Part shown: positions 1 to 8,338 of the stretch, one piece after another
How positions within the stretch are numbered: position 1 is the first letter of the stretch
Layout: each line of letters starts with the position of its first letter
DNA from: an uncultured Clostridia bacterium
GTDB taxonomy: Bacteria > Bacillota > Clostridia > Christensenellales > UBA1242
Direction of reading: 5' to 3'
Length of the DNA stretch: 63,492 nt
NCBI GenBank assembly: GCA_937893125.1
Contig: CALBHW010000025.1
Span: 1-63,492 of the forward strand
Made by a program: the position numbers and the translations under genes
Notes under the pieces: generated by a model
What the model saw: the letters and a program-made list of their open reading frames with translations, nothing else
Database searches by the model: none
Told to the model about the DNA's origin: nothing

Positions 1-289
1 CGTCATCGCTTTCATTTTCTATCAATTCTTTTCCTTGTTCGGTTAAAGAATAATGGTGTCTTTTCCCGCCGATATCACTATCTTGCCAGTAGGATGAAAT
101 TAGGTTTTGTTCTTCCATTCTGCGCAAACTACTATATAAACTTGGCTGTTTTAAAATGAGAGAACCATTGGATAGTTCCTCTATTTTTTTGCAAATTTCG
201 TAACCATATTTATCGCCACCTTGCAAAGCGGTCAAAATTATTTTCGCGATACTTCCGCGAGTTGCTTTATTTTCGCTAATTTCTGACAT
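1..289 (-). CDS. PadR-family transcriptional regulator (N-terminal part; the C-terminus runs off the window start)
   Basis: Manual reverse-strand translation from the ATG at 289-287 gives MSEISENKATRGSIAKIILTALQGGDKYGYEICKKIEELSNGSLILKQPSLYSSLRRMEEQNLISSYWQDSDIGGKRHHYSLTEQGKELIENESDD, a winged-helix PadR pattern. It is absent from the ORF track because no stop lies inside the window. Confidence 0.75.
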   Translation of the reverse strand, partial: MSEISENKATRGSIAKIILTALQGGDKYGYEICKKIEELSNGSLILKQPSLYSSLRRMEEQNLISSYWQDSDIGGKRHHYSLTEQGKELIENESDD

Positions 290-606
290 CTTTCAACTCT
301 CTTTTAACTTTATCTACATTGTTTTTAATGAATTAACTAATTTTTTTATATAAAATAATTTATGAATAACAATTTTATTTATATTTACAACAAGATTTTG
401 AGTCTAACCAACATTTGTTTTTTGCTTTTTAATAATGTGAAAGTTCCACAAAAATACAACTTTTTTGCTTCAAAAAAACTATGTGTGAGACTAAACATAT
501 GTGGGTATACTTTATATAAACAATTTTAGCAAAAATAAGGTTTGATAGTCAACTTAATTGCATTTATTTGCTTTTTATAAACCAAAAAATATGATAAAAT
601 CAAAAG

Positions 607-1287
607 GTGGATATGTTAGAACAAGCAAGCATTATTCGTGAAAAAAGACGAACTATAAAAATAACAATAAATAGGGAAGGGAACTTAATTATTTACTGTC
701 CCTACGGTGTTTCTGCCCAAAAATTAGAGGAGATTTTATTATCAAAAAGGAATATTTTAGAGAAAAAAATAAGTAAAACAAAATCAATAACATCAAAATA
801 TTCCAAAATAATAAATATGGAAAATATTTTGTTGTTTGGAAAGGAATATATCGTTGTTCCAACAACCAAAGTGACAAAGCCGTGCTTTACTGACGAATAT
901 TTTTTGTTACCTAAAAAATACTACGATGCTGGAAAAACAGCCTACCATATAAAAAAAGTCACAAAAGATATCGCAGAACGAGTCATTGTAAAAAGATTTA
1001 AGGATATTGTGCAATGTTATAAGTGTATCGATGTAAGCAAAGTTATAATTGGTAACTACCGTGCAAAATGGGGAAGTTGTGACAAATTTGGTGTAATTAA
1101 ACTTAATTTTAGACTAGCAATGGTTGATGCAAAATTGATTGATTTTGTAATATATCACGAATTAACTCATCTAAAAGAATTGAATCACTCTCCACGATTT
1201 TATAGAGAGTTGGAGAAGCTATGCCCAGATTGGAAAGAAAGTAGGGAACGACTAAAAACATTTTCTTTTTTGTTAGAATTGTACTAA
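607..1287 (+). CDS. YgjP-like / DUF45 (M48-type) zinc metallohydrolase
   Basis: 226-aa ORF with HELTHLKELNHSPRFY (HExxH plus the downstream NHS..F typical of DUF45). GTG at 607; ATG at 613 is an alternative start. Confidence 0.7.
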   Translation: MDMLEQASIIREKRRTIKITINREGNLIIYCPYGVSAQKLEEILLSKRNILEKKISKTKSITSKYSKIINMENILLFGKEYIVVPTTKVTKPCFTDEYFLLPKKYYDAGKTAYHIKKVTKDIAERVIVKRFKDIVQCYKCIDVSKVIIGNYRAKWGSCDKFGVIKLNFRLAMVDAKLIDFVIYHELTHLKELNHSPRFYRELEKLCPDWKESRERLKTFSFLLELY

Positions 1288-2055
1288 AAACGCAGTTCAT
1301 AATTTTTAATATTCCCATACTCACACGCTAACAGTTACAACAGTATCTCTTTTTAAAATTTTAAAAAATTTTTAATTTAAAAATTGTATATATGCAACAT
1401 TCTTTATCTTAACATCTATTTTTATAAAAAATAGAATAATTTTTCACAATAGGGAAGTTTAAAAATAAAGACAATTGTACGCCCGTCTTGTCACAACAAA
1501 GTTAGTTTTTTAAAAATTTTTGTACAAATAGTCTTTCTTAAACTATTCGCAAAAGCCTTGTTTTACGAATAGTTAGTAATAAAACAAAACAAAAAAGCAA
1601 TTTTTTTTGAATTTTAATCTATTTTTTTATTAAACAAATGAATATAATTTGCTTAATTAAATAATTTTTCCTAAGACAATTCTTAATCATTTTTTCTTAT
1701 AATTTTTGATATTTTTTAGACAAAATTTTGTGTCTGGAATTTTTTTTACAGGCAAACTTTCAAAAAATTTAATGAATAATCTCTCATCTAATTTTAAAAA
1801 TTCTGTCTCACAGCATTTTAAAAACAATTTATTTGTTAACATTTATGAATTTATTTTTAATGTTTTGTACACGCATTTTTTGTAAATTTAATCAATATTT
1901 CTTCCTAAAATAAAAATCATTCTGTCCCACGACGTCATACATTTTATCACTAGAATTCTGCACAATATATTTTTTTTGTTAAAAAGCCAAGATTTGTGTA
2001 AAACAAAAATTATTTCTATATGTTTGTATAACACTGCTGTGTGCATGTACAACCG

Positions 2056-2091
2056 GTTTGCATAGTACTTCCACCAGTTTGCATAGTACTT
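2056..2091. repeat. Two direct copies of GTTTGCATAGTACTT with a 21-bp period (iteron/operator-like)
   Basis: Identical 15-mers at 2056-2070 and 2077-2091. Confidence 0.8.
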
Positions 2092-2197
2092 GCCTTTTAT
2101 TTGACTCAAAGTTATAATAAAATTTTTTTAAAATAAATTATTGCTAAAAAATACTGATGTTATATAAATTTTATCTCACCATACAGCAATTAAAAAA

Positions 2198-2211
2198 GTT
2201 TGCATAGTACT
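2198..2211. repeat. Third copy of GTTTGCATAGTACT
   Basis: Exact 14-nt match to the 2056/2077 repeats. It directly abuts the terminator hairpin at 2213-2242. Confidence 0.8.
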
Positions 2212-2212
2212 A

Positions 2213-2242
2213 AAAAATCTTCCCGCGTTGTGGAAGATTTTT
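2213..2242 (-). terminator. Rho-independent terminator after the 2247-3143 gene
   Basis: AAAAATCTTCC-cgcgttgt-GGAAGATTTTT hairpin. On the minus strand it is followed by a U-run, 5 nt after the stop codon. Confidence 0.7.
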
Positions 2243-2246
2243 AAAT

Positions 2247-3143
2247 TTATAACAATTTAGTCATATAATGAATGTAATTTATCACACGAGAATATGTGAG
2301 TTTTGCAAAACTAAAAGTATTTAAAGCGCCCCCATCAAAAGATACAAATGACAAGACATCGCAATTTTCTAGAAAATTTACTGATTTGCAAAAACATTCT
2401 ACAATATCATTTCCTGTCATTAGGGAGTCTGGGATATTATAAACTATCAATTCAATAAAATATTTGTTTAGGTCACTTCCCATTGCCCACTTATTTACAA
2501 GGATTGTCTTTCGAATATTTTTAAAAATTCTAACAAGTTTTTTATAATTTCCATTTGTACGAGCATCTTTTTGTTCCATATTCTCATTATAAGTAAACAA
2601 ATCTATTGGACGAATACATTTTTGCATTGGATCCCAGAAATTTAGCATTGCTTTATCATCCAAATCATTAAATGTCGCCAAACGGATAAGAATTTTAAAG
2701 CCATATTCTTGCAAACACAAGATTTTAATTCCGTCATTATTTAGCAAAATATAAGTTGTCGGATTAAAATGAGTCGCTAAGACATTAGAAAAATCAACTA
2801 TAAACTGGTCTAAAGTACCCGCATTAGACACTTTTTCGCGCTGTTTTTGCGTTTTTGCTTTTGAAAGGTTTTTTAAAAAAGAAGAATTGTTAAAGATTAG
2901 TTGCGAATTGTGCGATGCAATTACGATTTCTAGTTCCCCGTTTTCATCAATAAAAGTCTCGTTTGTATAGTCGCCCATCGGGAAAATTCTCGTTGTTTCA
3001 GGCGTAAAAAGGTCTTTATAGACCGCTTGCTCAACAATTTCGTCCAGCGCAGACGTAACAATAGAAAGTGCAGTCATATAAAATTCCTGCACTCTTGTTT
3101 TATCAACCTTATTTGCAAAATTTTCTATTAAACTTCTTTCCAT
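2247..3143 (-). CDS. Hypothetical protein with a Pol-beta-type nucleotidyltransferase-like pattern (SMODS/CD-NTase-like, degenerate)
   Basis: 298-aa ORF starting 12 nt after the serS stop. FPMGDY-x10-GELEIVI fits hG[GS]-x9-13-[DE]h[DE]h, but with G-D and E-x-E. The C-terminal NYKKLVRIFKNIRK...YFIELIVYNIP resembles the helical half of OAS/CD-NTase-like enzymes. Pattern-level only. Confidence 0.45.
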   Translation of the reverse strand: MERSLIENFANKVDKTRVQEFYMTALSIVTSALDEIVEQAVYKDLFTPETTRIFPMGDYTNETFIDENGELEIVIASHNSQLIFNNSSFLKNLSKAKTQKQREKVSNAGTLDQFIVDFSNVLATHFNPTTYILLNNDGIKILCLQEYGFKILIRLATFNDLDDKAMLNFWDPMQKCIRPIDLFTYNENMEQKDARTNGNYKKLVRIFKNIRKTILVNKWAMGSDLNKYFIELIVYNIPDSLMTGNDIVECFCKSVNFLENCDVLSFVSFDGGALNTFSFAKLTYSRVINYIHYMTKLL

Positions 3144-3154
3144 CGCAACTTTTC

Positions 3155-4441
3155 TTATTTTTGAATAGGTCTAATAACTTCAAGTCCGCCCATATATTTT
3201 CTCAATACTTCTGGCACGGTAACGCTCCCATCTGCATTTTGGAATTGCTCCACGATTGCAGGAAGAAGCCTTGATGTAGCAAGACCGCTAGCATTTAAAG
3301 TATGCACAAAATCGGTCTTTTTAGTCTCAGAATCCCTATAACGAGTGTTGTTTCTTCTTGCTTGATAATCGCCAGCATTTGAAGCCGACGAAACTTCCTT
3401 ATAAATTCCCATACTTGGAATCCAAACTTCAATATCATAGGTTCTTTTCATCGAAGCTGAGCAATCACCCGCAGCGAGTTTTGACACTTGATAATGAAGT
3501 CCAAGCTTACTAACAAGTCGTTCCGCCTTTTCAACCAACTCCTCAAACGCTTTCCCGCTATTTTCCGGAGTCGTATATTGAACCATCTCGATTTTATTAA
3601 ACTGATGTCCACGAATCATCCCGCGCTCTTCTTGCCTATAACTTCCCGCTTCCCTTCTATAGCAAGGCGTGTACGCAAAAAATTTCATTGGCAATTTCTC
3701 TTGCGGAATAATCTCATTTTTATACATATTTACAAGCACAGTTTCAGCGGTTGGCAACAAAAATTTAGATTTTTCGTCCTTTTTGTCAATCCAATAAACT
3801 TCGTCCACGAATTTTGGGAATTGCCCCGAACCGACACCGCATTCATAGCCTAGCATATGAGGTGGTAAAATAAACTCATAACCATCTTTAAGATGTTCTT
3901 CTACAAAGAAATTAAGAAGTGCCCATTCAAGTTGAGCTCCGACACCGCGATAAATCCACGCGCCGTTCCCAGCGAGTTTAACACCCCTATCGTAGTCGAT
4001 AAGTCCTAAATCCGTGCATAAATCAACATGATTTTTTATTTTAAAACTAAATTCAGGCTTTTTATTTCCCTGCCTAATAACTCTATTATTTTCCTTTCCA
4101 CCGCCGAGCAAATCCTCGTCTGGCACATTTGGCAAAACAATTAAAAAGTCGTAAATTTTCTTTTCCACATCGGCAAGTTTTTTATCCAAATTTTCGATTT
4201 GAGATCCAAGAGCCTTCATTTCTTCGAAAATCGCAGAAGTATCATGTCCTTCCTTTTTAAGTTTTGGAATTTCGGCGCTAACTTTATTCTTTTTAGCCTT
4301 CAACGCTTCAACTTCGCCAATAATTTTTCTTCTCTCTTCATCCCATGCAATTACAGGCGCAAAATCGACTTCACAGCCCTTTTTAAGCAATAATTCTTCT
4401 ATTTTTTTTGAGTTGTTTTTTATAAGTTCAATAGAAATCAT
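3155..4441 (-). CDS. serS: Seryl-tRNA synthetase
   Basis: 428 aa with an N-terminal coiled-coil arm and class II motifs (TPCYRREAGS, GLATSR). AAGGAG RBS upstream. Confidence 0.95.
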   Translation of the reverse strand: MISIELIKNNSKKIEELLLKKGCEVDFAPVIAWDEERRKIIGEVEALKAKKNKVSAEIPKLKKEGHDTSAIFEEMKALGSQIENLDKKLADVEKKIYDFLIVLPNVPDEDLLGGGKENNRVIRQGNKKPEFSFKIKNHVDLCTDLGLIDYDRGVKLAGNGAWIYRGVGAQLEWALLNFFVEEHLKDGYEFILPPHMLGYECGVGSGQFPKFVDEVYWIDKKDEKSKFLLPTAETVLVNMYKNEIIPQEKLPMKFFAYTPCYRREAGSYRQEERGMIRGHQFNKIEMVQYTTPENSGKAFEELVEKAERLVSKLGLHYQVSKLAAGDCSASMKRTYDIEVWIPSMGIYKEVSSASNAGDYQARRNNTRYRDSETKKTDFVHTLNASGLATSRLLPAIVEQFQNADGSVTVPEVLRKYMGGLEVIRPIQK

Positions 4442-4539
4442 TTTTTTCTCCTTAATTTCACCCTATTATACAATAGTCTTGCAAAACTAGTCAACTTTTG
4501 TTTGCAAATTTTGTCGTCAATTGCTAAAATATTTGTGAA

Positions 4540-5607
4540 ATGGAAAACACAAATAAAAAAAATGACTATTTTAAAGAACGAAACGCAAAAAATCAAAGGC
4601 AAATTATGCACAATTTGTCGAGTTTGCCATATTTTTGCTATGAGTTTGTCGCGGGAATTGAGAATCGAACAACCCCACTCACCCGCTTAGGCTACACGCA
4701 AGATTTGAAAATCTTTTTTGATTTTTTAACACACGAATGCGCAAATTTTATCGGAATCTCCGCTCACGACCTTACCCTGGACGACTTGGCAAAACTAAGC
4801 GTGAACGACCTAGAACTTTACCTAAATTATTTGTCAAGTTATGATAAAGATGACAAAAACTTACAAAATAGTGCAACAAGCAAGGCAAGAAAATTGTGCG
4901 CAGTTAGAAGTTTATTAAAATATTTTTATAAAAAAGACAAACTTCCACAAAATGTTTCGACAAAAATCGACACGCCAAAAATTAGAGATAAAGAAATAAT
5001 TAGGCTCGAAGTCAACGAAGTTGTTAAACTTCTTAACAACGCCGAAAGCCCAGAAGGTTTTTCAAAAAGGCAAAACTCCTATAATAAACTTACAAAAAAG
5101 CGCGATGTCGCGATTTTAACTCTTCTTCTTGGAACTGGCATCCGTGTAAGCGAATGCGTCGGAATTAACATTGACGACATTGATTTTGACACAAACGGCT
5201 TTAAAATCACTAGAAAAGGTGGCAATCAAGTTATTCTCTACTTTTCAGATGAAGTGGCGGATGCTTTAAAGGATTATTTAGAAGAAAGATTAAACAATGA
5301 AAACGTCGCGCCAAACGAAAATGCCCTATTTTTGTCCCTTCAAAACAAAAGAATCGGCGTGCGCGCAGTTGAGCAACTTGTCAAAAAGTACGCAAGTGGA
5401 AGCGTTCCTTTAAAACATATTACCCCACACAAACTAAGAAGTACATACGGCACAAATTTGTATAGACAAACGGGCGATATTTATATCGTCGCAGATGTCC
5501 TAGGACATAGAGACGTAAATACAACAAAAAAACACTACGCGGCGATAAGTGAAGACGCGCGCAAAAGCGTCGCAAACGTTGTCAAACTTCGCGACAAAAA
5601 TGAATGA
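4540..5607 (+). CDS. Tyrosine site-specific recombinase (XerC/XerD-like)
   Basis: 355 aa with the catalytic pattern GIRVSE ... HKLRST ... LGHRDVNTTKKHY (R, H-x-x-R, H, Y). Confidence 0.85.
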   Translation: MENTNKKNDYFKERNAKNQRQIMHNLSSLPYFCYEFVAGIENRTTPLTRLGYTQDLKIFFDFLTHECANFIGISAHDLTLDDLAKLSVNDLELYLNYLSSYDKDDKNLQNSATSKARKLCAVRSLLKYFYKKDKLPQNVSTKIDTPKIRDKEIIRLEVNEVVKLLNNAESPEGFSKRQNSYNKLTKKRDVAILTLLLGTGIRVSECVGINIDDIDFDTNGFKITRKGGNQVILYFSDEVADALKDYLEERLNNENVAPNENALFLSLQNKRIGVRAVEQLVKKYASGSVPLKHITPHKLRSTYGTNLYRQTGDIYIVADVLGHRDVNTTKKHYAAISEDARKSVANVVKLRDKNE

Positions 5608-5639
5608 TTATTTAAGGTCTTTACTTAAATAAAAATCAA

Positions 5640-6260
5640 TTAGTATTTTCTTATAAGCCCAACGACCTTGCCTAAAATGACAACTTCGTTTGATAAAATT
5701 GGTGCGTAATTGTCATTTTCGGGCATAAGCCTAATAATTGAGCCGTCATTAAAATATCTCTTGACAGTCGCACTGCCGTCAATCATTGCAACCACAATTT
5801 CGCCATTGTCAGCAAAACTTTGCCTTCTCACAATAACCTTGTCTTTATCGAAAATGCCCGCCTTAATCATACTATCGCCCTTAATTGTAAGCATAAAGCA
5901 ATCAACACTTGGAAGATTAAAAAGGTCAACGGGCAAATCATAAACTTCGTCATAGTTTGAAAAAGCGAAAATTGGTTGCCCCGCCGACACATCCCCTAAA
6001 AGTGCAACTTTTTTTGTTCGCCCGCTTTCTTGCCTATGCTCAAAGCCAATAAGTTCAATACTTCTATTCTTGCCTTCCCCGCGTCTTATTTGTCCCAAAT
6101 CTTCGAGTTTCTTCAAATAATAACTAATGGTTGATGTCGAATTGACATTAAGTCTCGCCATAAGTTCACGCACAGTTGGTGGATAGCCAAATTGTATGAC
6201 ATTTGTCTTTATACAATCATAAACTTTTTCTAATTTTGTATCAATTTTTTCTCGTGCCAT
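5640..6260 (-). CDS. lexA: LexA repressor
   Basis: 206 aa with an N-terminal wHTH, an Ala-Gly cleavage site (VSAGQP), the GDSM serine and the VKRY lysine. Confidence 0.93.
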   Translation of the reverse strand: MAREKIDTKLEKVYDCIKTNVIQFGYPPTVRELMARLNVNSTSTISYYLKKLEDLGQIRRGEGKNRSIELIGFEHRQESGRTKKVALLGDVSAGQPIFAFSNYDEVYDLPVDLFNLPSVDCFMLTIKGDSMIKAGIFDKDKVIVRRQSFADNGEIVVAMIDGSATVKRYFNDGSIIRLMPENDNYAPILSNEVVILGKVVGLIRKY

Positions 6261-6317
6261 ACAAAAACCGCCTTATTTTTTTACTAAAACATTTATAACA
6301 TAAGAGCATAAATTTGT

Positions 6318-6331
6318 CAAACATTTGTTCG
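6318..6331 (-). promoter_or_regulatory. LexA (Cheo/SOS) box upstream of lexA
   Basis: The minus strand reads CGAACAAATGTTTG against the Firmicute consensus CGAAC-N4-GTTCG (one mismatch). It lies 58-71 nt upstream of the lexA start. Confidence 0.6.
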
Positions 6332-6380
6332 ATAAAGTCAAAAAATTTTAAAGGTTGTGAGAAAAAAAACATATAAATGG

Positions 6381-6409
6381 TTGACATTGTGTCCAGTTTT
6401 AAATATAAT
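6381..6409 (+). promoter_or_regulatory. Sigma-A type promoter for tRNA-Trp
   Basis: TTGACA (6381-6386), a 17-nt spacer, then TATAAT (6404-6409), about 29 nt before the tRNA. Confidence 0.6.
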
Positions 6410-6437
6410 GTTTAGGTAAATTGAAATTGACGAATAT

Positions 6438-6511
6438 AGGGGAATAGTTCAAGGGTAGAGCTATGGTCTCCAAAACCATCGATGAGGGTTCGAATCCTTC
6501 TTCCCCTGCCA
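6438..6511 (+). tRNA. tRNA-Trp (anticodon CCA)
   Basis: Hand-folded cloverleaf: acceptor AGGGGAA/TTCCCCT, anticodon stem ATGGT/ACCAT, loop CTCCAAA, T-arm GAGGG-TTCGAAT-CCTTC, encoded CCA. 74 nt. Confidence 0.9.
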
Positions 6512-6545
6512 AACAAAAACAAAGACCGCAAGGTCTTTTTTTGTT
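6491..6545 (+). repeat. Direct repeat copy 1 (tRNA-Trp T-loop to 3' end, plus terminator)
   Basis: CGAATCCTTCTTCCCCTGCCAAACAAAAACAAAGACCGCAAGGTCTTTTTTTGTT. It recurs at 6701-6754 with one substitution and one 1-nt indel. Confidence 0.9.
6521..6543 (+). terminator. Terminator after tRNA-Trp
   Basis: AAAGACC-gcaa-GGTCTTT followed by a T-run. Confidence 0.7.
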
Positions 6546-6700
6546 AGCAAGGGGTTAGAAGGGCTCGAACGGAGCGTTAAGAAAATATGATTTTTATCAT
6601 ATTTTTAGCGAGTGGCGTGATAGCCTTGTAATAAAATTCTTTACTTTTGCATAATTTAATGACGAGAAAAAACTATTTGTTTTTTATGCTTATGGCGGAG

Positions 6701-6754
6701 CGAATCCTTCTTCCCCTGCCAAGCAAAACAAAGACCGCAAGGTCTTTTTTTGTT
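6701..6754 (+). repeat. Direct repeat copy 2 (orphan tRNA-Trp 3' fragment plus terminator copy; att-like scar)
   Basis: CGAATCCTTCTTCCCCTGCCAAGCAAAACAAAGACCGCAAGGTCTTTTTTTGTT. There is no 5' half of a tRNA upstream of it. Confidence 0.85.
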
Positions 6755-6767
6755 TGCATGAGAAAAA

Positions 6768-6816
6768 GGCGACCGCTTGTGTTGCCAGTCAATTCTGACG
6801 CCAACTCACGACCGCC
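6768..6816 (+). repeat. Left copy of an inverted 46-49-bp repeat (partner at 12327-12372)
   Basis: GGCGACCGC...ACGCCAACTCACGACCGCC. The reverse complement of 12327-12372 reads GGCGACCGC...ACGCCAACTCGCGACCGCC. Matches are 9/9 at one end and 18/19 at the other; the middle has diverged. Confidence 0.7.
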
Positions 6817-6870
6817 TTTTTAGTACAATAAGTTCTATTCACTACTTAATCAATTAAGTTACCTAATTGT

Positions 6871-7047
6871 ACTACCCCCTCGGTCTCTACGAGACCACTC
6901 CCCCTTACGCGTCGAGCCAAGCCCTTAAACTCAGATTGCTTCCGCAATCATTCGAACAGCGGGCTGTCTCTCCTTTTCCCCAAAAATTTCGTAAAGCACA
7001 CGCTTTACTGCTATTTTCGGGGACCCCACTTCCGACAAAGGGGTAGT
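6871..7047 (-). repeat. GC-rich structured repeat element, copy A (candidate ncRNA or MITE-like element)
   Basis: 177 nt, alignable with 8339-8516. Identical blocks include ACTCCCCCTTACGCGTCGAGCCA and CTCTCCTTTTCCCCAAAAATTTCGTAAAGC. Several hairpins carry compensatory changes. An A.C mismatch on the plus strand (6982/7018) becomes G.U on the minus strand. Confidence 0.65.
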
Positions 7048-7084
7048 GAAATCGGCTTACCTAGAATAAGCATAAATTGTAAAC

Positions 7085-8272
7085 TCACTTTGCTAAATCT
7101 TTTGGGAGACGCTGGAAGGCGCGCTGGGCGGATTCGAGTTTTGATTTCTCTTGTGTGTAATATTCCGCTATGGCGGTTGGGTCGTCGCCACGTTTAAAGC
7201 GCTCTTGACATTCCCTATTAACTTCAAGTAGTCGGCGGTTATTTCTTAGGAGCATTTCCTTTCTCAAACAATACTTTTGCACACTATTTGGTGCCGTGCC
7301 GTCCGCCCAAAGAAGTTTGATGTATTCTAGCCTATCGTCTGGGTCGGCTTGTGCCAAAATTTTGTATTTTGAACGCTTATCCATATAAAGTCCCACATTG
7401 TTTTTTACGCAAATTGGGTCGGTTATTTTGCGCTTTTCTTCAATGCAATCAAGTTGCAATTTCCTAATTTGAAGTTCCCTTGCAACATCATAAAAAATGG
7501 TTAGTCCAAGTAAAATCATCGGCACAAGAAGTCCAAGCGCCACCGCTGGTGACGAAACCGTCTCCGACAAACTAGCGATTGAATTTGCGAACCCCGAATC
7601 CGTATGAATGCCTAAAACAACATTTTCAGACACCATATAAGCGTCGTCTTGAAGATTGGACGACCCATAAGTTTTAAACCACCTTACCCCGTCGTCGTCT
7701 TGATACACATCGCGCACTTTATGGAATACAAGCATAGAATTTGCATTCGACGCTTGCTTAATTTCACTATTCTTAAACCCCAAAAAAGTCGAAATAGAGC
7801 GGTCATAAGAAGTTGCGCCTATGTCGTCGTCTTTTACGCGCACGCAACTATTAACATCAAACTTGGTATAACTCCCACCCCAAACATAAAAGGCAATTTT
7901 GTCGCCCCGTTTAATGGTCTTTGTGTTAACACTTCGAATAACAACACTGTCACCAACATTAAAACCGTCATTTGACATACTCGCTGATACAAGCGTAAAT
8001 TTGGAATATCCCATAAAAGACGCTGGCACATTTTGCACGCGACTGTTTAGCACCATTACACCTAAAAGTAGCGTAAGCGCAACCAAAATCCCGCTCAATG
8101 CACACACAACAACTTGTGCAACCTTACCCGCAACACTCTTTGGCTCTTTCAAAAAGTTTTCATTAACTTTTCTCTTCTTCTCATACTTTTTGAGCAAATC
8201 ACTCGCCTTGCGCTCCATTGCCTTTTGAACGGATTTGTCTTCAACTATGTTTACATTTACCATGTCGGACAT
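7085..8272 (-). CDS. SipW-like (archaeal/ER-type, S26B) signal peptidase I with long cytoplasmic N- and C-terminal extensions
   Basis: VSASMSN...GDSVVI...IKRGDKIAFY...VFHKV...WFKTYGSSNLQDD parallels B. subtilis SipW (SGSMEP...GDVITF...THRIV...KTKGDNN..D). A second TM (AVALGLLVPMILLGLTIFY) sits where SipW has one. The AAGGAG RBS favours the ATG at 8272 over the ORF-track start at 8278. Confidence 0.65.
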   Translation of the reverse strand: MSDMVNVNIVEDKSVQKAMERKASDLLKKYEKKRKVNENFLKEPKSVAGKVAQVVVCALSGILVALTLLLGVMVLNSRVQNVPASFMGYSKFTLVSASMSNDGFNVGDSVVIRSVNTKTIKRGDKIAFYVWGGSYTKFDVNSCVRVKDDDIGATSYDRSISTFLGFKNSEIKQASNANSMLVFHKVRDVYQDDDGVRWFKTYGSSNLQDDAYMVSENVVLGIHTDSGFANSIASLSETVSSPAVALGLLVPMILLGLTIFYDVARELQIRKLQLDCIEEKRKITDPICVKNNVGLYMDKRSKYKILAQADPDDRLEYIKLLWADGTAPNSVQKYCLRKEMLLRNNRRLLEVNRECQERFKRGDDPTAIAEYYTQEKSKLESAQRAFQRLPKDLAK

Positions 8273-8338
8273 AATCATACTCCTTTTAATAAGATTGGTT
8301 TGCTTATTTGATTATAGTCAAATAGTGATAATTGTTGG

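Noticed and set aside
1888-2109. The 73-aa ORF in the AT-rich gap
   Set aside because: It has no RBS, its sequence is driven by the 15-nt direct repeats, and the surrounding context is non-coding.
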